Below are positions 1 to 6,945 of a stretch of 36,242 nucleotides of DNA, piece by piece (position 1 is the first letter of the stretch; each line of letters begins with the position of its first letter). The stretch covers positions 1 to 36,242 of the forward strand of contig CAZWKG010000001.1 of NCBI GenBank assembly GCA_964634705.1. The letters are read 5' to 3'. The notes beneath the pieces are model-generated. The model was not told the origin of the DNA, did no database searches, and was given only the letters and a program-made list of their open reading frames with translations. The DNA comes from an uncultured Candidatus Bathyarchaeia archaeon. GTDB lineage: Archaea; Thermoproteota; Bathyarchaeia; TCS64. The position numbers and the translations under genes were made by a program.

Positions 1-579
1 CGATCTCAAGTAAATAAACCCCAGTAACAAACCCCCGAAGAAGGTCTGAACCCCAGTCATAGCATCCCTGAAGAGATAGTTGAACCCATGCTGACTCATC
101 CTGGATATGATATGCGAAAAACCGAAGATGAAAGCATTAAGCACGAGTCCCTTCCGATTCCCCAACCAATCGCAAAACCTAGTCATCAGGTAACCCCGGC
201 TAAAAATCTCCTCGGCCACACCAATGTACACAATCTGCTCGATAAAATCAACTGCTAAGCTACCGTTACTTCTGACAAAAAGGGCAGGTAGGATCAGACC
301 AATCAAAGCATAGATGGCATAGACCCTAAACTTCTCCCTTGGAACAGCCAAACCCAAGTACCTCGCATCCCTCTTCTCAATACAATATGTGATCAGGATG
401 GGCAATATCCAACTGAACACAAACCCTGTGAAGGGTATTGCAGGAATCCTCTGGAGAAAGGGAACATGACCATCATAGATGAAGATCAAAGAAACAACAA
501 TTCTATCGATGACATAAACGAGAAGAGCCAACATGACAAACCTTCTAGCCTCACCAAAGGTTCCCTCAGTACTTCCCAT
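1..579 (-). CDS. CPBP-family intramembrane glutamic endopeptidase (CAAX protease / Abi-like); C-terminus runs off the window edge
   Basis: This gene is absent from the ORF track because it has no stop inside the window. Hand translation of the reverse strand from ATG 579..577 gives MGSTEGTFGEARRFVMLALLVYVIDRIVVSLIFIYDGHV...QIVYIGVAEEIFSRGYLMTRF...LNAFIFGFSHIISRMSQ...FFGGLLLGFIYLRS, open to position 1. The CPBP motifs EExxxR (EEIFSR) and FxxxH (FGFSH) sit within hydrophobic helices. An in-frame stop at 588..586 fixes the start. GC is lower than the neighbours (21-28 G+C per 60 nt in counted lines). Confidence 0.8.
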   Translation of the reverse strand, partial: MGSTEGTFGEARRFVMLALLVYVIDRIVVSLIFIYDGHVPFLQRIPAIPFTGFVFSWILPILITYCIEKRDARYLGLAVPREKFRVYAIYALIGLILPALFVRSNGSLAVDFIEQIVYIGVAEEIFSRGYLMTRFCDWLGNRKGLVLNAFIFGFSHIISRMSQHGFNYLFRDAMTGVQTFFGGLLLGFIYLRS

Positions 580-721
580 TTCCCTTCAAATTACACACTT
601 CAGTCCCTTCAAAACTTTTTCCTTATAACAACTAGCTTGTTATTAGAAATCCTAGCGCGCGATCCTTCATGTTGTCAGGTGTGATATTAGAAATAGTAAT
701 CGACATGATTTTGTTTTTCGT

Positions 722-1639
722 CTACTTTGGTATAGCCAGGCCTTTGGCGCCCCTCCGGCTCTGTTTGGCCTCTGAGAAGTATCTCTCCACCATTCGAGCA
801 ACCAGGACGGCTTGGATGCCCATGTTGACCCCTTCTTGATGGCTGGTGGGTATGCCGTGTGAGGTCAGGGCGGAGTTTCCCGCCTTAAGGTGGACGGGCG
901 CGGCTATCCGGGCTATCTCCGGCGCCTCGTAGGTCCTGATGAACCCACCCGTCGACTTGGGGTTGTCCGTATGGATATCCAAGGCCACCTTCACGGCCTG
1001 CCTGAGGCATGAGATCATAGGCAGGGGTAGGTCTCTGACGGGGTTGATGGAGTCAGCCCCCAGCTGCTCCAGCAACCTGAAGGATAGAGGGTTCCCATGC
1101 CCACAGTGGGCCGAGAGCTTGAAGCGGACGTCTTTGTGGATTTCGCCGTCCTTCCGCATCTCGTTCAGCAGCCATAGGTGCCCCTCATCGTAGATGAGCA
1201 GCCCCCTGACGCCGAGCTCTATCGCCTTCTTCGCATCCGCAACCGCTCTGAGGATTTGGTCCATGCCCCTCAGCCTGTAGGCGATCCGGTTCCCCTCCGG
1301 CGTACCCGTAGCCCTCTGGGCGCTTGTGTCGTAGGTCGCCCTTGGCCCGATGGAGAAGTTTAGTTCACAGCCATACTCCTTGGCTATGGAGATGAACTCT
1401 AGGATGGTCTCGTCGGTGTGCCTCATGATGCCAAAGGTTTCATCAATCCTATTCACAGTCACGCCGTGCTTCTCCGCCGTTTCCATTATCGCCCTGAACG
1501 TCACGGTCGAGTTGCACGTCGGCACCTCGATTCTGAAGTGGGCGCCGTCAGGGAACCTCATGCCTGAAGTTGGCAGGTCGTACCTGTCACCTGTAGGCAG
1601 CCCCTTCCCGCGCAGATAATCTCTCGTCTCTTCAAACAA
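722..1639 (-). CDS. conserved hypothetical protein (soluble, enzyme-like; function not assigned)
   Basis: This is a 305-aa ORF with a TTG start in the track; an internal Met precedes RFPDGAHFRIEVP. Codon usage is GC-rich like the host, and there are no TM segments. I recognise no diagnostic motif. The competing plus-strand ORFs (939..1193, 1178..1363, 1350..1619) are short and Arg/Pro/Ser-rich. Confidence 0.6.
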   Translation of the reverse strand: MFEETRDYLRGKGLPTGDRYDLPTSGMRFPDGAHFRIEVPTCNSTVTFRAIMETAEKHGVTVNRIDETFGIMRHTDETILEFISIAKEYGCELNFSIGPRATYDTSAQRATGTPEGNRIAYRLRGMDQILRAVADAKKAIELGVRGLLIYDEGHLWLLNEMRKDGEIHKDVRFKLSAHCGHGNPLSFRLLEQLGADSINPVRDLPLPMISCLRQAVKVALDIHTDNPKSTGGFIRTYEAPEIARIAAPVHLKAGNSALTSHGIPTSHQEGVNMGIQAVLVARMVERYFSEAKQSRRGAKGLAIPK

Positions 1640-1738
1640 CCTTTAAAAACCCTCCTGAACTTGTAAGGGCGTTTAGACTATTAATGCTTAAGCCGTTACA
1701 CCTAGTTGCCAGGCTGCGGTCGGTATGAAAAATATGTT

Positions 1739-2761
1739 TTAGTGCTCCAGAATCTCAATGATCTCAGGCACGGATAGGACTCTGTCCCCAGCGTTCACAA
1801 CCGGATTTTCACGGACGCTGAAGACGTAGCCGTCCTGAGGCGCAAAGAGCCTCTCGTGCACCTGGAAGGTTCGGGGGCTGTAGATGACGCCGACCTCTTC
1901 GCCTCTCTTCACGATGTCGCCGAGCTTAACTCGCGGGATGAATACGCCTCCCCTGTTTGCGAAGACACCCGCAACCTTGGGATCGGCGGTCCACTTCAGC
2001 ACCGTCTGCCTCTCCGGCAGCTCGACCTCGCCGTTGACCATGCCCATGTCGACCATGATGTTCTTCAGCCCGCGCACCACGAGCCTCACGATCTCCTCAT
2101 CGAAATATCCCGCTCCGCCGAGCTCGGGGACGATGGAGGGTATCCCTTCGTCGACGCAGCACGCCCTCAGGGTCTTCCGCCCGCCATAGGGCTCGGTCTC
2201 CACGTACAGCAGCGGAGCCCCGAAGAGCCTTGCCATCTCCTCCGACCGCTCCGAGACCTCCTTCGACGCCTTCTCCGAGACGCCGTGGGCCTCATAGAAG
2301 ACCCACACCGGCGCGTGTCTGCTCCCCGTATGGAGGTCGATGACGGCGTCTGCCATCATAACGAGCTCCGTCCAGACGGCGTGCGCAATCCGCTCAGTCG
2401 GGGAGCCCTCGGCGTCGCCGGGCCAGATGCGGTTCATGCCACCTTCCCTCGGGTCGAACATCGTCGCCCGCACACGCTCCCGGAAGGCGAGAGGGTTCGG
2501 CAGGCAGTAGATGAGAACGCCCGCCATCTCCCTCTCGTCGAGCTCCTCCAGCAGGCGCCTGACGGCCTCCAAACCCTGGACCTCGGAGCCGTGCTGCGCC
2601 ACCTGCACATATAGGCAGGGGCCCGACCTCGCCCCATTAACGACGAGGAAAGGGATTTCGACGGACTGGCCGTCAGCGAAGAATTCGGGGAGCGTGAGAC
2701 ATCCGCAGGCGCGCCTCCCGGGCTCAACTCGGCATCCTCCGGCCGTGATCGCCTTGCTCAT
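1739..2761 (-). CDS. succinylglutamate desuccinylase/aspartoacylase (AstE/AspA, M14-like Zn hydrolase) family protein
   Basis: 340 aa. It contains VAQHGSEVQG (the H-x-x-E zinc motif), AVIDLHTGS (a second zinc His) and a C-terminal beta-domain GDIVKRGEEVGVIYSP. A GGTG Shine-Dalgarno-like element lies about 8 nt upstream of ATG 2761. Confidence 0.8.
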   Translation of the reverse strand: MSKAITAGGCRVEPGRRACGCLTLPEFFADGQSVEIPFLVVNGARSGPCLYVQVAQHGSEVQGLEAVRRLLEELDEREMAGVLIYCLPNPLAFRERVRATMFDPREGGMNRIWPGDAEGSPTERIAHAVWTELVMMADAVIDLHTGSRHAPVWVFYEAHGVSEKASKEVSERSEEMARLFGAPLLYVETEPYGGRKTLRACCVDEGIPSIVPELGGAGYFDEEIVRLVVRGLKNIMVDMGMVNGEVELPERQTVLKWTADPKVAGVFANRGGVFIPRVKLGDIVKRGEEVGVIYSPRTFQVHERLFAPQDGYVFSVRENPVVNAGDRVLSVPEIIEILEH

Positions 2762-3293
2762 AAGAACACCTTTTCAACTATTCCTCATAGGGCTTAAGAA
2801 GCTTCCCCGATGCCCTTTGGGCGTTTCACGGCGGTCTCTACGAGACGTACTTCAAGGTGAGGATTGAACATCATACAATAATCCAGCGTAGAGAGGAAAT
2901 ATTAATGCGCGCATAGTCGCCGTCACGAAAAAGATCATCCGTGCGCTTGAACGTAAGTCTATATTAAAGATAACTAAATAGACTCCATAATTTACTAATT
3001 ATTCAAAAAACCTTCGATGCTTCAAATGGAAAGGAAAGAGAGAGAGGGCTGTTGCAAACTGCACTTTAATCTGAGATTGTTTAAATGGGGGAAGTTAGAA
3101 GCTGAAGAAGAGCCTCTTACCGCCGCTGATGGTAAAAACTCTCCAAATCTTAAGATTTCAGGCAAACACGTGATAATCATCACATCTTAGAAGAACACAA
3201 GTTATGGAGGGATGAGCCTCGCGCGCGCGAGATTCAGGGACCTTTCGATACAGACACTTAATTTTCATTATTTCTCTTTGTTCATTACTTTTA

Positions 3294-5585
3294 TTGTGTA
3301 ACTATATAGTCCATATTTCATATTCAGCTCCCTATCACATAATAAAGTTAAGATCTTATGAAGACTTAAATCGCTCCTCTAATAAGGGCCGTATTTATAT
3401 AGACGATTATGCATATGGTCTTCCTAAAGACGTACATCTTGAAGAAGGTTATCATATAATCTACTATATTCCAGAATTGGAATATAACTTCAGTTCCTGG
3501 AAGTTAACTGGAAGTATAGAATTTCTAGCTCCTAATACTGAATTAGATAATCCAACCGCAATTTTTATCTCGGGTTCAGGTGAATTAAGTGTATATTATA
3601 CAGAAGGTTTAGGGCTACATGTTTTTCGAGTGAGTCCGGCAGATTATTCCATATTTGCCGATTCTCCCATAGATCTTGAAGTCAAAGTAATGGCTCTTGG
3701 AAAACCTGTGAAAAATGCAGAAGTAACTTTTTATATAGATTCGAAACCTATCGGCTCCGCAGTAACTGATGATGATGGATATGCTTCATATAGCTTCGTT
3801 CCAGACGAAGAGAAGAGATATACCTGGTATGCTATGGCTAAGAAAAGCGGATTTGCTACGGGATCTACTAAGGAATGGCACTTCTCCTTTACTAAAATAA
3901 AGCTTGATCCATCGGACAATGAAATCGTAACTGAACTTCCTGTAAACCTAGTTGCTTTAGTCGAACTTGATGGAAACCCAGTTGAGGACGCAATAGTATC
4001 TTATTTCATCGATGATAATTATGTGGATGATGGGAAGACTCAAGCTAATGGATATTCGACATATAGTACACGGGATTTAACAGCCGGCCTCCACACCTGG
4101 CATGTTTCAGTGAAGATTCCAGGATATGATCCCATTATCTCCGAAACTCAGAACATTACGTATATTCCACAGCTCTCAGTGTCATTGGAATATCCAAAAA
4201 ATGATGAAGTTATCACTAATTTTACATCTACAATAGAATTACTAGCGCTCGTTACATCTGATTACAAACCCATTCAAGGCGTAAATGTCTCTTTTTTCAT
4301 GATGGAGAGTTACATAGGTTATAATACATCTGATGTTGATGGTTTTACCTCGCTCTATTTTTGTCCTCCAAAAGAAGATAAAACTTATCACTGGTATGTG
4401 GCTGCCTCCCATATATATTATTTCAATGATACGTCTCCAACCTGGAGTTTTTATTATCCTGTTCAACTCCCATATGTCGAGGTAGATGAGATTTTTACTA
4501 GTAAAAGCAGGGCTGACATCGACAGTGAGCAGACAATCGGATTCCATTTGAGATGGGAGAATGGTTCAGACGTTCGAGGTGCAGCTATCCGAATAACGGA
4601 TAATCATGAAGGAATTACGGATGATTTAGGCTGGGCTTTGTTTACTGTTTCAAATTCTGATGTTGGTGGAAATGTTTGGAAAATAAAAGATATTTCTTGT
4701 AGAGGAATGGGTGAATTTAGGCACAATTTTAAGTATCCTAAGATTGTTTGGGACAGAATCTCAATTGAATTAGGTTTAGACAATAAGAGAATCGATGTAG
4801 GATCGAATATTGAACTAAAAGTAAATGCGTTTTATGAATACGATAATGCTGATTTTAATGGTTCAATTTTTTATGATAAAGAATTGTATAGTGATGTAGT
4901 GTGTGAGAAGACAATAAAAGTTAAGAGTATTCAGGATAAAAAACATGGCTTATCAGAATTCAAGTCTAATGAGATCCCTGTGATCTGGGACAGAGTAATC
5001 TTGTCTCTCGATGTCCCCCACGAGCGTGTGGAAGTCGGTTCAAAGGCAGAAATAATATGTAACGGAATATATGAGTATGATAGAAAACCCTTCAAAGGTT
5101 CTGTTACATTTGATAATGATTTAAAACAAAACACTTTGGGAGAAAAAAATTTTAGTGTTTTAAGCATCTCTGATCCCTTGTATAATTTATCCGTTTTCGA
5201 ATTTAATGAAGTCTCGTGTATTTTTGATGACATTGAGATAGAACAGCAAACAGGTACCGTAATACCAACGCAGGTTCAAATATTGACAACTATTCACTAT
5301 AAATTTGATCATAAACCTGTCGAATATGCCCAAGTTAAAGTCAATGGATTGGGAGAATACATCGGGTCCGGTAAATATAAAACAACTCTTTATACATTTA
5401 ATCCCTTCCTTCAACTTAACACTGAAATCAAAATAGAAGATTGGAAGACTCAAGTCATAGAGAAAAACATATATCCGCTAGGCAATATCATCTCGGAAGC
5501 TTCCCTATTGACAATTATTAGTGGTATATCCGCTCGTGTACTGACGAATAAAACGAAAAGATCGAAGGCCCGATCTTCTCTCTGA
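3294..5585 (+). CDS. large repeat-containing cell-surface (adhesin/S-layer-like) protein with a C-terminal hydrophobic anchor; the N-terminus is probably mis-started or disrupted
   Basis: This is the only long ORF in the island (763 aa, TTG start in the track). It carries four ~91-100-aa CarboxypepD_reg/Ig-like modules, with the pattern V-x-F/Y-[FY]-[IM]-D...[TD]-D-x-x-G-[YF]-x-S-x-x-F. These are followed by three 79-aa modules (IVWDRISIEL.., VIWDRVILSL.., CIFDDIEIEQ..). There are about a dozen N-x-S/T sequons. The C-terminus is IISEASLLTIISGISARVL followed by the basic tail TNKTKRSKARSSL. No signal peptide follows the annotated start, but one is encoded just upstream (see findings). Confidence 0.7.
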   Translation: MCNYIVHISYSAPYHIIKLRSYEDLNRSSNKGRIYIDDYAYGLPKDVHLEEGYHIIYYIPELEYNFSSWKLTGSIEFLAPNTELDNPTAIFISGSGELSVYYTEGLGLHVFRVSPADYSIFADSPIDLEVKVMALGKPVKNAEVTFYIDSKPIGSAVTDDDGYASYSFVPDEEKRYTWYAMAKKSGFATGSTKEWHFSFTKIKLDPSDNEIVTELPVNLVALVELDGNPVEDAIVSYFIDDNYVDDGKTQANGYSTYSTRDLTAGLHTWHVSVKIPGYDPIISETQNITYIPQLSVSLEYPKNDEVITNFTSTIELLALVTSDYKPIQGVNVSFFMMESYIGYNTSDVDGFTSLYFCPPKEDKTYHWYVAASHIYYFNDTSPTWSFYYPVQLPYVEVDEIFTSKSRADIDSEQTIGFHLRWENGSDVRGAAIRITDNHEGITDDLGWALFTVSNSDVGGNVWKIKDISCRGMGEFRHNFKYPKIVWDRISIELGLDNKRIDVGSNIELKVNAFYEYDNADFNGSIFYDKELYSDVVCEKTIKVKSIQDKKHGLSEFKSNEIPVIWDRVILSLDVPHERVEVGSKAEIICNGIYEYDRKPFKGSVTFDNDLKQNTLGEKNFSVLSISDPLYNLSVFEFNEVSCIFDDIEIEQQTGTVIPTQVQILTTIHYKFDHKPVEYAQVKVNGLGEYIGSGKYKTTLYTFNPFLQLNTEIKIEDWKTQVIEKNIYPLGNIISEASLLTIISGISARVLTNKTKRSKARSSL
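3630..4703 (+). repeat. four tandem Ig-like / carboxypeptidase-regulatory-like modules (protein-level repeats, about 91-100 aa each)
   Basis: Repeat anchors are NAEVTFYID(141-149)/DAIVSYFID(232-240)/GVNVSFFMM(329-337)/GAAIRITDN(429-437) and DDDGYASYSF/QANGYSTYST/DVDGFTSLYF/TDDLGWALFTV. Confidence 0.6.
4743..5453 (+). repeat. three tandem 79-aa modules of unknown family (protein-level repeats)
   Basis: The three modules are aa 484 IVWDRISIELGLDNKRIDVGSNIELKVNAFYEYDNADFNGSIFYDKEL, aa 563 VIWDRVILSLDVPHERVEVGSKAEIICNGIYEYDRKPFKGSVTFDNDL, and aa 642 CIFDDIEIEQQTGTVIPTQVQILTTIHYKFDHKPVEYAQVKVNG. The spacing is exactly 79 aa between the first two and about 79 aa to the third. Confidence 0.6.
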
Positions 5586-5656
5586 CAATCTAAAACACAT
5601 TGACCTGCTCTTTGTCCCGCTATCCATCGGAGAGCTTAAAAGTTTACTCAAGACGA

Positions 5657-6160
5657 TCACGGAGGCGTCCACGATATGTACTTCGAGGTTGTGTATTTCT
5701 GCTTCCACCTCAGGCCTATGCCGATCTCCACGACCTCGGGCAGCGTCTTTCGTAGGAACCGCTCCCTTGGCCTCCCCACCGCAATGCCAGGGCAGCTGGG
5801 GTCGAGGTAGACGTAGAGGGTTCTTTCTCTATGCGTGTATGCGCTCTTGTCGCCTCTTTTGTAGATTGGCTTAGAGTAGACGCGGAAGGGGAAGAGTTTG
5901 CAGGCGAGGGGCTTGATGGCCTGGAGAGCGCACACCCAACGCCCCTGAGATGGGTGCTGGAAGATACAGCGGTCGCCGAAGCCATGCTTCAGGTAGACTT
6001 TCCCTAGGCCGAACTCCAAGACTCCGTGACCGTAACGCTTTGCGACGCGCACATACTCATCCATCTTGAGGGGAACCCTGTAGCCTATGCAGCACTGGCC
6101 GCAGGCTATGCAGCTCCAGGAGTGGACCTCGCTCCAGGGGATTAGCCCCTCTTCACCCAT
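5657..6160 (-). CDS. YkgJ/UPF0153-family cysteine-cluster (Zn/Fe-chelating) protein
   Basis: 167 aa. It has an N-terminal CxxCxxCC motif (CIACGQCC) plus later cysteines (RCIF, VCAL, ACKLFPF, SCPG), which is typical of PF03692-like proteins. Confidence 0.75.
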   Translation of the reverse strand: MGEEGLIPWSEVHSWSCIACGQCCIGYRVPLKMDEYVRVAKRYGHGVLEFGLGKVYLKHGFGDRCIFQHPSQGRWVCALQAIKPLACKLFPFRVYSKPIYKRGDKSAYTHRERTLYVYLDPSCPGIAVGRPRERFLRKTLPEVVEIGIGLRWKQKYTTSKYISWTPP

Positions 6161-6200
6161 GACGTTCCAAGTTCAATGATCATCCAGGCCTAAATATCTA

Positions 6201-6674
6201 TTGGCGTCATCACTTACCCTCCCCATTGCAGTGGTCGGCTGCATCTCCCTGGCGCTATGGTTTGTGGTGCGGCTGGTGAACGGTTACGGGAACCTGCTGC
6301 CGCGGCTGGGGAACACCCTTCAGGACTGGCTTTATATGGCGAAGTATCCGCCGAGCCTCGCCTTCCTGCTGTGGACCCTGAGCGGTATGTGCTTCTTCCT
6401 CGCCCTCGGACTCATCCTCCAAGACCGGTCGGGCTTCACGCAGGGCGTCACGGGGGCCATTCTAACCTTCGGCAAGGTCCCTCTCTTCTTCTACTGCGTC
6501 CACCTCTGGCTCTACCGCATCAGGCCGGGATGGATGACGCAGCGCCCCTTCTACTTGGACCTTGTTTCGACAGGCGTTTTTTGGCTCCTTGGACTGTTCG
6601 TCCTCTGGCGTCTGTGTATTCGATACGAGCACCTTAAGAGGAACAACCCTGATTCTCTGCTGCAGTACATATGA
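6201..6674 (+). CDS. four-TM membrane protein resembling only the C-terminal half of DUF1624/COG3503 acyltransferase-like proteins (possible gene remnant)
   Basis: 157 aa with a TTG start. From memory, the motifs KYPPSLAFLLWTLSG and FGKVPLFFYCVHLWLY are characteristic of the C-terminal part of ~370-aa DUF1624 proteins. No room exists for the N-terminal half, because only 40 nt separate this ORF from the divergent ykgJ-like gene. Confidence 0.5.
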   Translation: MASSLTLPIAVVGCISLALWFVVRLVNGYGNLLPRLGNTLQDWLYMAKYPPSLAFLLWTLSGMCFFLALGLILQDRSGFTQGVTGAILTFGKVPLFFYCVHLWLYRIRPGWMTQRPFYLDLVSTGVFWLLGLFVLWRLCIRYEHLKRNNPDSLLQYI

Positions 6675-6685
6675 TTAGCGAGGCC

Positions 6686-6841
6686 CTAACGCTTCTTTTT
6701 CTCCTCTTCCTCTAAAGCGAATAGGAGTTGGTAGACGTTACGATGCTGCCTTATAAGCTTGATCGTGAAGCGGGCGAAGAAGTAGAACACGACCAGAGAG
6801 AAACCCAAAAGTACAAGGCTCACCAGCGTAATAAAGTCCAA
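6686..6841 (-). CDS. candidate small (51-aa) single-pass membrane protein
   Basis: Hand translation from TTG 6841..6839 gives (M)DFITLVSLVLLGFSLVVFYFFARFTIKLIRQHRNVYQLLFALEEEEKKKR, ending at stop 6688..6686. It has one clear TM helix and a charged tail. A GGGGG run lies just upstream on the coding strand. It is below the ORF-track size cutoff and has no homology support. Confidence 0.25.
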   Translation of the reverse strand: MDFITLVSLVLLGFSLVVFYFFARFTIKLIRQHRNVYQLLFALEEEEKKKR

Positions 6842-6945
6842 AATTGCCCCCTTTTAAATTAAGGGGACTTTCCCTAAATACTTGTCCCTCAGAAACCCTC
6901 TAGCATACCCTATCTTGGAAGATTAGTCTCCCTATATGCGGCTCT

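Larger units (their letters stand above)
2940..5600. other. AT-rich compositional island (candidate horizontally acquired segment) containing one long ORF
   Basis: Hand counts give 17/60 G+C at 2941-3000 and 17/60 at 3301-3360, against 38/60 at 11401-11460. Transition zones at 2762-2940 and 5581-5700 are about 43-47%. GC-rich genes flank both sides. Confidence 0.75.

Noticed and set aside
466-684. 72-aa plus-strand ORF from the track.
   Set aside because: It overlaps the 5' end and promoter of the reverse-strand CPBP gene, which has strong motif support. The translation is low-complexity and has no motif.
722-1639. I was tempted to call the 305-aa protein a U32-type peptidase or a TIM-barrel aldolase.
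   Set aside because: I cannot point to any diagnostic motif in the sequence, so the name would be a guess. It is left as hypothetical pending an HMM search.
3017-3190. 57-codon plus-strand ORF (MLQMERKEREGCCKLHFNLRLFKWGKLEAEEEPLTAADGKNSPNLKISGKHVIIITS) in the long non-coding leader of the island.
   Set aside because: It has no recognisable motif, ribosome-binding site or TM segment. An ORF of this length is easy to get by chance. It is kept only as a note for anyone with expression data.
2940-3293. Possible replication origin. The region is ~350 nt of AT-rich non-coding DNA with TTCAAATGGAAAGG (3021-3034) and TTAAATGGGGGAAG (3081-3094), which vaguely resemble ORB/mini-ORB elements (TTCCAGTGGAAAC followed by a G-string).
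   Set aside because: There are only two weak, imperfect copies. No orc1/cdc6 gene is nearby. The AT-richness is shared with the whole island, so it is more simply the island's own upstream region.
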